64,000 bases of DNA from Promethearchaeati archaeon SRVP18_Atabeyarchaeia-1 (lineage in GTDB: Archaea; Asgardarchaeota; Atabeyarchaeia; Atabeyarchaeales; Atabeyarchaeaceae): NCBI GenBank assembly GCA_037308085.1, contig CP147779.1, positions 2,144,001 through 2,208,000 of the forward strand, written 5' to 3'. Shown one piece after another: positions 10,250 through 20,111 of this stretch. How positions within the stretch are numbered: the stretch's first letter is position 1; each line of letters begins with the position of its first letter. The position numbers were made by a program, and so were the translations under genes. The notes beneath the pieces are model-generated. The model saw only the letters and a program-made list of their open reading frames with translations, ran no database searches and was not told the DNA's origin.

Positions 10250-10390
10250 CAATCCTCATCTTCTTTAGGGATCGAGTGCGCCACCCATAGCCCCCTTTCC
10301 TAGAGTTCTTCTTTTGGAAGTCCGATACCTGACGCTGAGGCATCCAACCCGGTCTGACGGAACCAGCGGGTTGGGAAAAGGCAAAGCCGA

Positions 10391-10984
10391 TCACACGTAG
10401 TCTTCAACATTCAGGTATTGACTGCACAGCGGGCAAGCCTTCTTTTTTCTGAGCCACGCGACGAGATGGCCTCTGTGCGCCAGCCTCCCGCAGTGTAGGC
10501 ACCAAGCTACGTCATCCTTCTGGTTGAGCTCAAGGTTGCAGACAATACATTTTTCTTCCTGTGGCACGGTGGGAACCACGCGTTTCGACGTCCTTGACTT
10601 GGTCATGCCTCTCGCCTTATTCATGGTAGAGGCTTCTGCCTGTTGCCTGAGGGCTGCGCCGCACCTGGGGCAAAAATCTGGGTTGGCAATACTAATGCCA
10701 GTTTGGCAGATGGCACAGCGTGCAACTGGCGAGTAATACTGCGGGTGCTCACGCCTCCATCTCTCCTCTGCATCAGCTTCCGCAAGAGCGACTTCCCCAA
10801 GTTCTGTGGTGGACGGTGGTGATACGTCTACGTGTCCGACGACATGGAGGTACCCTCTGTAGAAGGTGTTACCTTCCTTGATCTCCTTTTGACGGACGAT
10901 GGCTCCACATTTAGAGCAGGTCTTCGATTTTCCGAGGGGCGGAGCTCCCCACATCCACGCCCCGCACCTTGGACACCTAGGCAT
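10391..10984 (-). CDS. Zinc-ribbon plus variant RING finger protein (soluble)
   Basis: Two CxxC...CxxC ribbons; C-terminal CIVC-x12-CLHC-x4-H-x2-H-x3-W-x6-CPLC. Confidence 0.8.
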   Translation of the reverse strand: MPRCPRCGAWMWGAPPLGKSKTCSKCGAIVRQKEIKEGNTFYRGYLHVVGHVDVSPPSTTELGEVALAEADAEERWRREHPQYYSPVARCAICQTGISIANPDFCPRCGAALRQQAEASTMNKARGMTKSRTSKRVVPTVPQEEKCIVCNLELNQKDDVAWCLHCGRLAHRGHLVAWLRKKKACPLCSQYLNVEDYV

Positions 10985-11190
10985 TCGCTTCCACCCTTGC
11001 CTGTTTATTACTTGCCCACCACAATGGAATCCTCATCTATTCTATTGAGGCTTCGATCCTTTATCACTGTTGCCAAAAACCAGCCTGCAAAAGCTGAATT
11101 TGGACGTAGATACCGTGGCTACAAAACACAAAGGAGGATGAAAGTCGGGGAGGCGCTCATACGATCAAGGCAAGGCGTATTCCCACTCGC

Positions 11191-12123
11191 TCACGAGCCA
11201 ATCTCCTTCGGTTTAAGGTGCTGACCACATATGGGACATGTTCCTTTTACGTGAAGCCATTCAAGCATGTGCGTTTTGTGAGCGGGGTTGCCACAGAGCG
11301 GGCAGTAAACAATTTGGTCTGAAGGTTGCAGACCTATCTTGCAGACCATACATATCCCAGTGTCCTCCTTGGATGACCTAGTGTTTTCTTCGGTGATGCT
11401 GCTGGCCGCGGCAGGCTGTCTTGATAGGCTCGCTCCGCACGTTGAGCAGAACTTCCAGTCCGGCATGGTGATGGCGGCGCCACAGCTACTGCAGTACCTG
11501 AGAACGTTCTCGCTCTCAAGAGGCCTGCTTTGAATAGGCGACGAGACTCTTTCGTTGCCTGGCACGGGAGGAGCAGGCTGAACAGTTTCAGGACCTTGAT
11601 TAGTACCCTGTGTGGATGGCGCGCTTTGGCGAGGTCGACGCCTCGGGCGTGCGTCATAGATTTTGGAGAATATGGAAACCGAGGCTACAGATACTATGAA
11701 AATGATGAGTAGACTCACGGCGACATTCGGGGTCGTGACGATCTTGACCAACGCAGTCAGCGGGTTGGAACCCTGGTTCTGGATGACAAAGTGGTAGTTG
11801 GAATCTAATGGAATATTAACGCTGGTGCTGCCTGGCTGTGAATTTAGAAAGACGTAGCCAGAGTACGAAGACCCAAGCGTAAAGAGTTGATAGTTCACCT
11901 CATCGACCACGATAATAGTAACAAGGTAAGGCAACGTTGACCCGCTCACGCTGATAGTGACGGTGGCACCCCCTTCCAGGAACCGAGAGTACTCGCATTG
12001 CCCATGACCGTTGATTAGCACGGTCTCATCGGCAATGGTTGAGGGGGCCGCATAAAGTACCGTAGTTGATGCTATAGATATAGTCAAAACTAGCAGCAGT
12101 AGCGAGATCTTGCGACGCTGCAT
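11191..12123 (-). CDS. Receptor-like RING protein: signal peptide, beta-sandwich (GOLD-like) ectodomain, TM, zinc ribbon, RING
   Basis: Hydrophobic N-terminus; beta-rich domain ending YHFVIQN; TM VAVSLLIIFIVSVASVSIF; CSSCG..CSTCG; CMVC..CPLC..HKTH..W..CPIC. Confidence 0.8.
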   Translation of the reverse strand: MQRRKISLLLLVLTISIASTTVLYAAPSTIADETVLINGHGQCEYSRFLEGGATVTISVSGSTLPYLVTIIVVDEVNYQLFTLGSSYSGYVFLNSQPGSTSVNIPLDSNYHFVIQNQGSNPLTALVKIVTTPNVAVSLLIIFIVSVASVSIFSKIYDARPRRRPRQSAPSTQGTNQGPETVQPAPPVPGNERVSSPIQSRPLESENVLRYCSSCGAAITMPDWKFCSTCGASLSRQPAAASSITEENTRSSKEDTGICMVCKIGLQPSDQIVYCPLCGNPAHKTHMLEWLHVKGTCPICGQHLKPKEIGS

Positions 12124-12452
12124 TTGCCCTCTCCCTCCACAACTTCAAGTCTAGAGTATCCTCATGATCCTCATAAATAGCTTACTTCATCAGTCGGGGC
12201 GCAGAGAAAACGGATTTGCCCGCGCCTAATCTCGACCTGCATACTTCTAGCCAATACTCTGTATGGCTTCTTGGAACCCCTTTCATTGCTAGACCCATCT
12301 AGCAGATAAGCTAATATTTAAGGTAATCGCTTCAATGCGATGCAACTCTTCCAAAATGGGGCTGCGTGCCCGTGGATAGTTGTACGGGCAAAGGGAAGTC
12401 TCCCATTGTTCAGTGTGATGCGAAGAAGGCATCCTCGGATTCCTTACACCGT

Positions 12453-13607
12453 TTACCGTGATCTTTCTTCTCCCATCAACGCGTGCACCTTTGGCATCCA
12501 TTCACTTACCAGTATTTTCTGTGGGCACTTCTCTTCGCATTTCCTGCATTGAAGGCATGCGCCCGCGCGTTCTTTCTCAGCCATAAACCTCGCGTACCTC
12601 ATGCGAGCCGTGTTGGGGTTATCATATATTATCGCGTCATTATACAACTCAAAGTTGACTAGTATGTTCACTCCATTCTCGCACGGCATGCAGTAACCGC
12701 ATCTCGTGCAGGGGATCGCTGTTCTCTCTCTGTATTTATCCTTGACGCGCTCAATCAACTGTAGCTCCTTGGACGCGAATGAATTTACGCTTGACGTGTT
12801 TGCCGATCGAATGTTCTCATAAACCTGTTTCATTGTACTCATACCACTCAACGCAACAGATACCTCTGGTTGGTTCCAGACCCACCGTAACCCCCAGTCA
12901 GCTGAGGATCGCCTCTTTTCGAAGCTGTCGAACACTTCTTGAATTGGTTTTGGCGGATTCGTCAGCCGTCCGCCTCTAAGTGGTTCCATCACGACAACGG
13001 CCAATCCCTTCGACGCGGCATACTTCAGTCCCTTTGTTCCTGCTTGGTTCTCAGTATCCATATAGTTGTACTGTATCTGGCACAAGGTCCAACCGCTGTA
13101 TGCATCAATGATCTCCCTGAAAACTTCATATTTGTCATGGAACGAGAATCCTAGGTTTCTGATTCTGCCGTCCCTGATGGCAGCTTCCGCCTTCTGCAAT
13201 AGATTTAGACCGAGAACGGTCTTCCATCTTTGTTCTTCCAGACCGTGGAAGAGGTAGATATCAACGTGATCCGTCTGCAGTTTCTTGAGCTGTTCATTCA
13301 GGTAGGTATCGAAGTCCTCAGGTCTGCGTAACGCCCACACTGGACACTTTGTGGCGAGCTTGACCTTGTCCCTGTATCCGTCACTCAATGCCTTTCCTAC
13401 GATGACTTCACCGTTCCCTCCGTGATAGGGATATGCCGTATCGATGTAGTTCACCCCTTGGTCAATGGCATAGCGGATCATCGGTATTGCTTCTTGCTCG
13501 TTTACATTTCCACTGGCGCCAACTCCATCGGTTGTGGGTAGACGCATGCAACCGAAACCAAGTGCCGAAACTCTCCAATCGAGCCGACCAAACTTCCTGT
13601 ACTGCAT
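12453..13607 (-). CDS. Aldo/keto reductase with C-terminal 4Fe-4S dicluster domain
   Basis: LGFGCMRLP, DTAYPYH, GFSFHD, QIQYNY, MEPLRGG, CTRCGYCMPC, CLQCRKCEEKCPQ. Start set at MQYRK. Confidence 0.93.
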   Translation of the reverse strand: MQYRKFGRLDWRVSALGFGCMRLPTTDGVGASGNVNEQEAIPMIRYAIDQGVNYIDTAYPYHGGNGEVIVGKALSDGYRDKVKLATKCPVWALRRPEDFDTYLNEQLKKLQTDHVDIYLFHGLEEQRWKTVLGLNLLQKAEAAIRDGRIRNLGFSFHDKYEVFREIIDAYSGWTLCQIQYNYMDTENQAGTKGLKYAASKGLAVVVMEPLRGGRLTNPPKPIQEVFDSFEKRRSSADWGLRWVWNQPEVSVALSGMSTMKQVYENIRSANTSSVNSFASKELQLIERVKDKYRERTAIPCTRCGYCMPCENGVNILVNFELYNDAIIYDNPNTARMRYARFMAEKERAGACLQCRKCEEKCPQKILVSEWMPKVHALMGEERSR

Positions 13608-13899
13608 CCTCTTCTCTCCTCGTGTCCTTGCGTATAATGTGGGATTCAATAGATCTTTTCAAGTGTTGAAGCCGCGAAGCCACGTTTCATGGTCTTCACA
13701 AGACTCTGGTTGTGATAAGTGTTGTCCTCCTCGCTTTTGAAACTACCATTGCCTCAGCAGTTGCGTGCAACTTGGGTTACTTGATTTGCATGGCACGCGA
13801 GGTTTCCCTCTACTACCCGGATCCAGGATGAGGGCCTTGTCTCAAGTCCCGTGAAAACTATATATTTACCGGCTTGGTATGTTGTTTGTGGTGAATTCT

Positions 13900-14484
13900 A
13901 TGCCAAGGACTCAGGTTAAGATGATTATGGAAATAGGAGGAAATGTTGAGCAATTTGCTGGCGAAGCTGTTAAGAAAAAAGTTATGGAGGGAAGCGAGAA
14001 GATAACTGGCAGCACGAGTGGGACCGAAGTCGCCCACTGGGTCAAGGGTGCAATGGATAGGCTGAACTCCCTCACCGATGAGGAGACGAGGACAAAGATC
14101 ATGGAGAATTGTGGCTTCAACTGCGCACTACATAACAAGGCGCCCCTTGAGAAGGCGAGAATAAGACGGAAGAAGTTCAAGACCCTAGACGACTTTCTTG
14201 ACGCTGAGCAGAAGAAGCCGATGCCAGGAACTAGATTTTCACGCGATGGTGACAGACTCCTCTGGTATTTTACGCCGCAATCGTTCAGGACGCCGATGAG
14301 ATGTTTCTGCGGGCTACTAAGAGCGCTGCCCCAAGATGAGACTGTATCTCGCACATACTGCAATTGCTCAAGGGGTTTTGTGAAGAAGTACTGGGAAGGT
14401 GTCCTAGGCAAGCCAGTTGACGTCGATGTTCTCCAGACAGCCGTGTCTGGCGCAAGGGAATGCAAGTTTGCGATTCACATATAG
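13900..14484 (+). CDS. DUF6144-like protein (V4R-related, Cys-containing)
   Basis: MENCGFNC, RCFC, YCNCSRGFVKKYWEGVLG, GARECKFAI. Confidence 0.7.
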   Translation: MPRTQVKMIMEIGGNVEQFAGEAVKKKVMEGSEKITGSTSGTEVAHWVKGAMDRLNSLTDEETRTKIMENCGFNCALHNKAPLEKARIRRKKFKTLDDFLDAEQKKPMPGTRFSRDGDRLLWYFTPQSFRTPMRCFCGLLRALPQDETVSRTYCNCSRGFVKKYWEGVLGKPVDVDVLQTAVSGARECKFAIHI

Positions 14485-14512
14485 GGCAGCCGCCACTGGA
14501 CTGAAAAAGTCT

Positions 14513-14878
14513 ATGGTGAGTAATATACTGAGATCAACCGAGAAGGCAAGCGTCGATGACGGGATAATAGATAAGGAAATCGAACTGGCTAAGATACATG
14601 TTTTCTCATAGCGAGCCCATACAAGATACACAACAATCGTTACAACCAGCTACGCCATCTTCGTGGGGTTTGCTGTCGTCTTCTATACGCTGTACTTTGA
14701 GAACGTGCTTACTCTTGACAAATTCCTCTTCAGCTTTGCAGTACTTACTGGTGGAACGGCCTACGAGTTATGTCGTGTACGTCGAGGATATCTAAGGGCT
14801 CTCAAGAAGCTTTCTGAAATGATAGAAGCAGTCAAGGAAGGCAAAGAGTTGCCAAAGCTAGAAGAAATGATAAAGTAA
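14513..14878 (+). pseudogene. Small two-TM protein interrupted by an in-frame TAG
   Basis: ATG at 14513; the frame continues past TAG 14609-14611 into ORF 14663-14878. Confidence 0.6.
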
Positions 14879-14947
14879 TGAGGTTCAAGCTCCAACCACT
14901 GGCACGACGCATAGGAGCTGAAGACTCTCCTGCTACTTGATCGGCGG

Positions 14948-15628
14948 TCATCCTATTTCCTGTTCATTTAGGTGTCGGGAGCACACAGGGCATTTTCCCC
15001 GAACATGAATCCACTCAAGCAAGTGCACTCTGTGAGCTGCGCTACCGCAGTGCGGACAATGGGCAATTTGGTCAGTGTCGAGTAGGCTGAATCCACAGAC
15101 CATGCATTGACCTGGATGGACTTCCCGAGCTGAAATACTGCTTCTCCCAGTTGGACTACCTGAATCCAGTTCAATTAGGCTCGCCCCGCAGTTTCTGCAG
15201 AATCTCCAATCTGACTTGCCAACGGTCGCGCCGCAGTACTTGCAGTACCCTAAGGCGCCGCGTTCCTGTGGCATGCTGGTCAGCGCGTCTACCCTGCTCT
15301 GCCGCTGGTCAGCGCGAGTGGGCCTTGCCTGCAATCCCCTGCGAGCGGTTTCCTCAGGCGAGGTCGGCGTGGGTCGCCTGACTATCTCCAACTTCCTTGA
15401 AGATCCTAGAATTGCGAAGAAGGATGGGAAGAGAAGCCAGAGGAACAACAATGATGCGTTTATGGCGATGAACACGAAGAGCCCGCAGAATAGGATGGCA
15501 AGGGCAAACGGTGCTGCGCCCCCAGATGCTGAGCATCGGAGTGTGGCGTGACACCTTGAGCAGGAGAAGTCTTCGTAGCGTCTCGCCCTCACAGCTATCC
15601 AGTTGCCGCAGTTTGGGCATCTTGGCAT
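14948..15628 (-). CDS. Zinc ribbon, two TM, zinc ribbon, variant RING protein
   Basis: CPNC..CSRC; hydrophobic hairpin; CKYC..CRNC; CMVC..CPHC..HRVH..W..CPVC. Confidence 0.8.
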   Translation of the reverse strand: MPRCPNCGNWIAVRARRYEDFSCSRCHATLRCSASGGAAPFALAILFCGLFVFIAINASLLFLWLLFPSFFAILGSSRKLEIVRRPTPTSPEETARRGLQARPTRADQRQSRVDALTSMPQERGALGYCKYCGATVGKSDWRFCRNCGASLIELDSGSPTGRSSISAREVHPGQCMVCGFSLLDTDQIAHCPHCGSAAHRVHLLEWIHVRGKCPVCSRHLNEQEIG

Positions 15629-16020
15629 GTTTCTTTCTCACCACCAAAAGACTCCTAGGTGTTCTCGTCTATTTAAGGAAATCGCTTTCATGTTATGGAA
15701 TACACGGTGCCTTGCTCGCTCAGCCAGTTCAGCAGGTACGTTCCTCAGGAGAGTCTATCGTCGTCTTTTCTATGGTGCATTTTGCTTACAATGCCTCCAG
15801 CTCTGTGTGTTCCGTGATACCGCCTTGGCGCTGACGGGCCTTCCGGTTGGAGAAGCGATCACTCCTGCTCTCGATTCACGTTGAGAGTACTTCCTTTCGG
15901 TGAATGCCGATTACTTGCATCTAACTCTCCATATGTCGAAACAGGATGCTTCACGTTGTTGTAAAGTATTTTAGGTCGGAGCGAATGAGCAGACAGCAAC
16001 AAGCTGTTCTGGTGAGGGAA

Positions 16021-18741
16021 ATGCCAAGTAGGGGACTTCTTACTATTAACCTGGGAGAGATCGCGAAGAATGACCTGAAGGACGTCGGCGGAAAAGCGGC
16101 AAATCTTGCCGAACTCGTCAACCGATTCTCAGTGCCCAAAGGATACGTCCTCACGACAAGCGCATACAACCAGTTTCTAGAATACAACAAGCTTCAGAGT
16201 TTTATTGATGAATCTTTGAGCAAAGTTGATTATTCTGACTACTCATCGGTTGAGAGTCGCGCAAGGGTCATTCAAGAGCGTATCCTGAAATCCCAGCTTC
16301 CGCCGAGATTAGCGGATGAGATCAAGAGTAAGTACTTAAGCTTGGGTTTCCGCAGTGTTGCCGTTCGGTCATCTGCGACAGCGGAGGATCTGCCGACTGC
16401 GTCTTTTGCTGGCCAGTACGATTCGTTCCTGAATGTTAAGAGTTCAGAGCAGCTTCTTCAATCTGTAAGGCAGTGTTACGCATCTCTTTGGTCGAGTAGG
16501 GCGATCTCTTACCGGCATAGGGTTGGGATCCCGCACGATAAGGTTCAGCTCGGCGTAATCGTACAGGAGATGGTGCCTGCACGGAGCGCCGGTGTACTCT
16601 TCACGCAGAATCCCGTCTCCTCGGAGCCAGACCAGCTGCTAATCGAATCAAATTTCGGTCTCGGAGAGTCCATCATGTCTGGGCGGAGCAGCCCCGATCA
16701 ATTCATAGTCCGCAGGGAGGGCAAGCCTGGTCGCGAGAAGTTCAGCATCGTTGATAAACGGATAGCCAGGAAGGGTGTGGCCGTCGAAGAGAAGAAACTG
16801 AAAAGCGAAAGCGGCACTGAATACGTTCAACTCTCGGATGACGAGAACGAGGCATCTTCTCTTTCGAATCAACAGATCCTGGATTTGTCACGATTCGGCT
16901 CTCAGATTGAGAGCCATTTCGGAAGCCCACAGGACATAGAATGGGCGTTCGATCAGAAAGACAAGCTCCATATTCTCCAATCTCGCCCAATAACCTCGCG
17001 CAGGAAGCCCGCCCCAGAGGATGATGTGCTTTGGAGCAGGGGATATGCAGACGACTACTGGAACGATCCAGTAACGCCCCTATACTTTGAGCTTCTCGGC
17101 GATCCTCTCACCAAGGTCGTCAACATGGAGCTCAATAGCATCATGGGTTACAAGCGCATGGACGACCAACTACTGAAGCTTTATCATGCCCACGCATATT
17201 TCAACTTGAAGGTTCTGAGGCGCAAAGTTGAGAACGAGATACCGGGCTTCGTCAGAAATGAAGATGTGTTGAACTACTTCCCAGAGGGTTATGGGTTATA
17301 CGGTAAACGAACCGTCAGGAAATTGCCTTTCCATATATTCACCTATCTGATTGCGAATCTGCGAATCATGTTTAATGATCCTAATGGGTCTATGGGGAAA
17401 ACGGCGAAAGCCTACGAGAAGTGGACTAGGGACGTATTCTCCCCCTACTGTGAGAAATTCGACGCAGAGTTGGCTGAACTTACCGGGACTAGCAACTTGA
17501 AGGCGCTGCAGAAGCTGGCTGACGACATAGACAGTAAGATGGTTGCACACTACAGGCTTGTAAGGTATGGGATACCTGTCCACAATATCGGTATGAATCT
17601 GATAGCTCAATACATACTGAAGAGATTCCTTGGAGTAAAGGATCAACAGAGGTACTATCCCATCCTGATTTCTGGACTGGAGCACAAGTTGACTGAGACA
17701 AATGACAGGATCTATTATCTTGTTTCGACTATACAGGAATCTCCTGAGTTGAAGAGAGCAGTCCTAGAGGAGAAATCGGAAGACCTCTACAAATACCTCT
17801 CGAAGAGTGACAGCCCACCCTTGAAGAGCTTCTTCGTTGAATTCAAGAACTTCCTCGATGAATACGGCGACCGCGGTTTCACAAGAGAGGCTTACTATCC
17901 AAGGTGGCGAGAGGCACCCCAATACGTGTTCGATGTGCTGAAATCCTTGGCAAAGGATAGCAACATCGATCCGAAGAGAAGCAAAGAACTGAGTTCCCAG
18001 ACAAGGGAGAGAATTGAGAAGATAGTGGAGAGCAAGCTTAGGCGGCAGCACCTCGGATTCGTCAAGTGGTTCATATTCACCAAGATTCTTGGTGCCGCCC
18101 GCACATACATCATCTTCCGCGAGAACCAGCGGTTCAACCTAGATCGATGGATAACGAGAATCAGGAGCGCCTACTTGGAGATCGGAAGAGAGCTTGCTAA
18201 GAAGGGAATACTGGGAAGCAAGGAGGACATCTTCTTCCTGCGGAAGAAGGAAATCAAGAACCTGATCTACGGTAAGAATGGCGCCGACGATGTCAGGAAG
18301 CTCACTTTCCTGGTGAAGGAGCGTCGTGAGGATTTCCTGAAGTATGAGAACACGATTCCCCCGAAGTTCCTTCACGGCGGTAGCGAATTCAACGACACAC
18401 TGCGATTCACTAGGGATAGTGCGGAGTTTCAAGGGATTCCGGCAAGCCAAGGGGTTATCACAGCTTCCGTCAGAGTGATAGATAGGATCGACTTCATGTC
18501 AACCGTGAAGAAAGGAGAGATCCTCGTAGTTCCAAGAACTGACCCGGGTTGGAGCCCCGTCTTCTCCAAGATAGGTGGCTTGATCACCGAGACCGGCGGC
18601 ATACTTTCCCACGGAGCTGTCATTTCCCGTGAGTATGGTATTCCCGCAGTCACGAATGTGCCTAATGCTTGTAAGGTGTTTAGAACTGGCCAAGTCATCA
18701 CGATCAACGGGTCGAATGGAGTTATTACGCTCTCAGGCTGA
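16021..18741 (+). CDS. PEP-utilising enzyme (PEP synthase / rifampin phosphotransferase-like: ATP-grasp, central domain, His swivel)
   Basis: VGGKAANL, VAVRSSATAEDLPTASFAGQYDS, PQDIEWA, LQSRPIT, GGILSHGAVISREYGIPAV. Start placed at ATG 16021 after GGTGAGG. Confidence 0.9.
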   Translation: MPSRGLLTINLGEIAKNDLKDVGGKAANLAELVNRFSVPKGYVLTTSAYNQFLEYNKLQSFIDESLSKVDYSDYSSVESRARVIQERILKSQLPPRLADEIKSKYLSLGFRSVAVRSSATAEDLPTASFAGQYDSFLNVKSSEQLLQSVRQCYASLWSSRAISYRHRVGIPHDKVQLGVIVQEMVPARSAGVLFTQNPVSSEPDQLLIESNFGLGESIMSGRSSPDQFIVRREGKPGREKFSIVDKRIARKGVAVEEKKLKSESGTEYVQLSDDENEASSLSNQQILDLSRFGSQIESHFGSPQDIEWAFDQKDKLHILQSRPITSRRKPAPEDDVLWSRGYADDYWNDPVTPLYFELLGDPLTKVVNMELNSIMGYKRMDDQLLKLYHAHAYFNLKVLRRKVENEIPGFVRNEDVLNYFPEGYGLYGKRTVRKLPFHIFTYLIANLRIMFNDPNGSMGKTAKAYEKWTRDVFSPYCEKFDAELAELTGTSNLKALQKLADDIDSKMVAHYRLVRYGIPVHNIGMNLIAQYILKRFLGVKDQQRYYPILISGLEHKLTETNDRIYYLVSTIQESPELKRAVLEEKSEDLYKYLSKSDSPPLKSFFVEFKNFLDEYGDRGFTREAYYPRWREAPQYVFDVLKSLAKDSNIDPKRSKELSSQTRERIEKIVESKLRRQHLGFVKWFIFTKILGAARTYIIFRENQRFNLDRWITRIRSAYLEIGRELAKKGILGSKEDIFFLRKKEIKNLIYGKNGADDVRKLTFLVKERREDFLKYENTIPPKFLHGGSEFNDTLRFTRDSAEFQGIPASQGVITASVRVIDRIDFMSTVKKGEILVVPRTDPGWSPVFSKIGGLITETGGILSHGAVISREYGIPAVTNVPNACKVFRTGQVITINGSNGVITLSG

Positions 18742-18765
18742 GAGCGACAGTCGAGAGATGCAGCC

Positions 18766-19755
18766 ATGGAGCCTATAATCAACAAGACAACTTCAAAGCA
18801 TCCTGAGTGGAATGAGTCATACTACTTCGCCTTCTACTCCAAAGAGCACAAACTCGGAGGGGTCTCTCGAATAGGCTTCAAGCCAAACAAGCCTGAGAGT
18901 ATGACATTCTTCTTTCTCTTTCTCCCTGACGGATCGGCTGCCGGATATCATCTCACAAACAAGGCAAAGGAATACTCCAGGATCCTGCAGGTTGGCGGCA
19001 TGGCTCACCTTCCCCAGGGCAATGAGGTGTGGAAGTATGAGTTCAAGGGAAACATGATCCTTGTTAAGAACCCTGAAAATCTTCCAAAAGCGCGCGAGCA
19101 GCCAGAAATAATCTCAGGCACACCAAAGGTTGAGATGGAGTTTACCTTCAACCCAATCAACGAGCCGTATGAATACGCCAAGCACATGACGCCTGAATCT
19201 CTGGAGCTCGGAAGGAAGGCTGGAGACAGACACTGGGAGCAGATCGCGAGGGTTAATGGAAAACTCATCGTCGACGAGAAGACCTATGAAGTCAAAGACA
19301 TGATAGGTCAGAGGGACCACACGTACGGGATCCGCGATTGGACAGGGGTTGGCGACTGGCTCTACTATGTGGTCTGGTTCAATGAAGGACTAGCGATTAA
19401 TCCCGCAGCGATCGTGGCGGACGATGGGCGAATGAGCACCGGTGGATTCCTCTTCAAGGACGGAAAGAACATTCCACTTAAGACAATAAAGATCCGCGAT
19501 CAGCGCTTCCGAGAAGATGGGGTGTTTCCTGTCAGCTCCGAGCTGGAAATTGTTGATGAGTCGGGTAAGAAGCATGTTCTGAAGGCTCGCGTCGGACCAA
19601 TCGTCCCAGTTCCTTTCCAAGACAAAGATGGGAAGCAATCCATTCTGATTCAGTCCTTTGGAAACTTTGAGCTAGATGGAATTAAAGGAGGCTATGGGAC
19701 TTTCGAGACGCTGCGAAAGGCCAAAAGAATCTGGGGCGGTAAGGAGGAGGGATAG
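18766..19755 (+). CDS. Uncharacterised beta-barrel protein (DUF7064/AttH/tocopherol-cyclase-like)
   Basis: WNESYYF, HWEQ..V.G, GQRDHTYGIRDW motifs; 24 bp downstream of the PEP-utilising gene. Confidence 0.65.
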   Translation: MEPIINKTTSKHPEWNESYYFAFYSKEHKLGGVSRIGFKPNKPESMTFFFLFLPDGSAAGYHLTNKAKEYSRILQVGGMAHLPQGNEVWKYEFKGNMILVKNPENLPKAREQPEIISGTPKVEMEFTFNPINEPYEYAKHMTPESLELGRKAGDRHWEQIARVNGKLIVDEKTYEVKDMIGQRDHTYGIRDWTGVGDWLYYVVWFNEGLAINPAAIVADDGRMSTGGFLFKDGKNIPLKTIKIRDQRFREDGVFPVSSELEIVDESGKKHVLKARVGPIVPVPFQDKDGKQSILIQSFGNFELDGIKGGYGTFETLRKAKRIWGGKEEG

Positions 19756-20108
19756 TGACTAGCCGATATGACTGGCTAAAGGAGAACTGCCACTCCTGTG
19801 GAGCTAAGGTGGGAGACCTACACACGTTCGGATGTAGAATGGAGACCTGCCCAACCTGCGGCAGGCAACTGATAACCTGCGGCCACTACGGTGATGTGAA
19901 GAAAGGCAATATGCCCCGAATACCATTCATACCGCGGATTCTTGTATGTGCAGTGTGCGGTCGCCCGTTTCCTCGATTCTTCAAAGTCGAGGAGGATGAC
20001 TGGGTGAAATTCGTCATCCCGCCTCTGCATCACAGGGTTCTATGCCGCAGGTGCTACGACGAGATGAGAGAGCTGTTCCCGGAAGGTTGGAATAAGTCTG
20101 TAGTGTAA
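19755..20108 (+). CDS. Small Cys-rich zinc-binding protein
   Basis: CHSCG...H..GC..E.CPTCG.QLITC, CAVC, CRRC; start overlaps the upstream stop. Confidence 0.7.
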   Translation: MTSRYDWLKENCHSCGAKVGDLHTFGCRMETCPTCGRQLITCGHYGDVKKGNMPRIPFIPRILVCAVCGRPFPRFFKVEEDDWVKFVIPPLHHRVLCRRCYDEMRELFPEGWNKSVV

Positions 20109-20111
20109 GCT

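Noticed and set aside
10341-10374. CAACCCGGTCTGACGGAACC resembles a solo 3' TIR of the tnpB/MITE family
   Set aside because: The spacing is 2 nt off and there is no partner end or TSD. It is better explained as a hairpin (CCAACCCG/CGGGTTGG) between convergent genes.
14609-14611. In-frame TAG as pyrrolysine or stop-codon reassignment
   Set aside because: TAG and TAA terminate many intact genes here, the other interruptions include TAA, and no pyl genes are present in the window.
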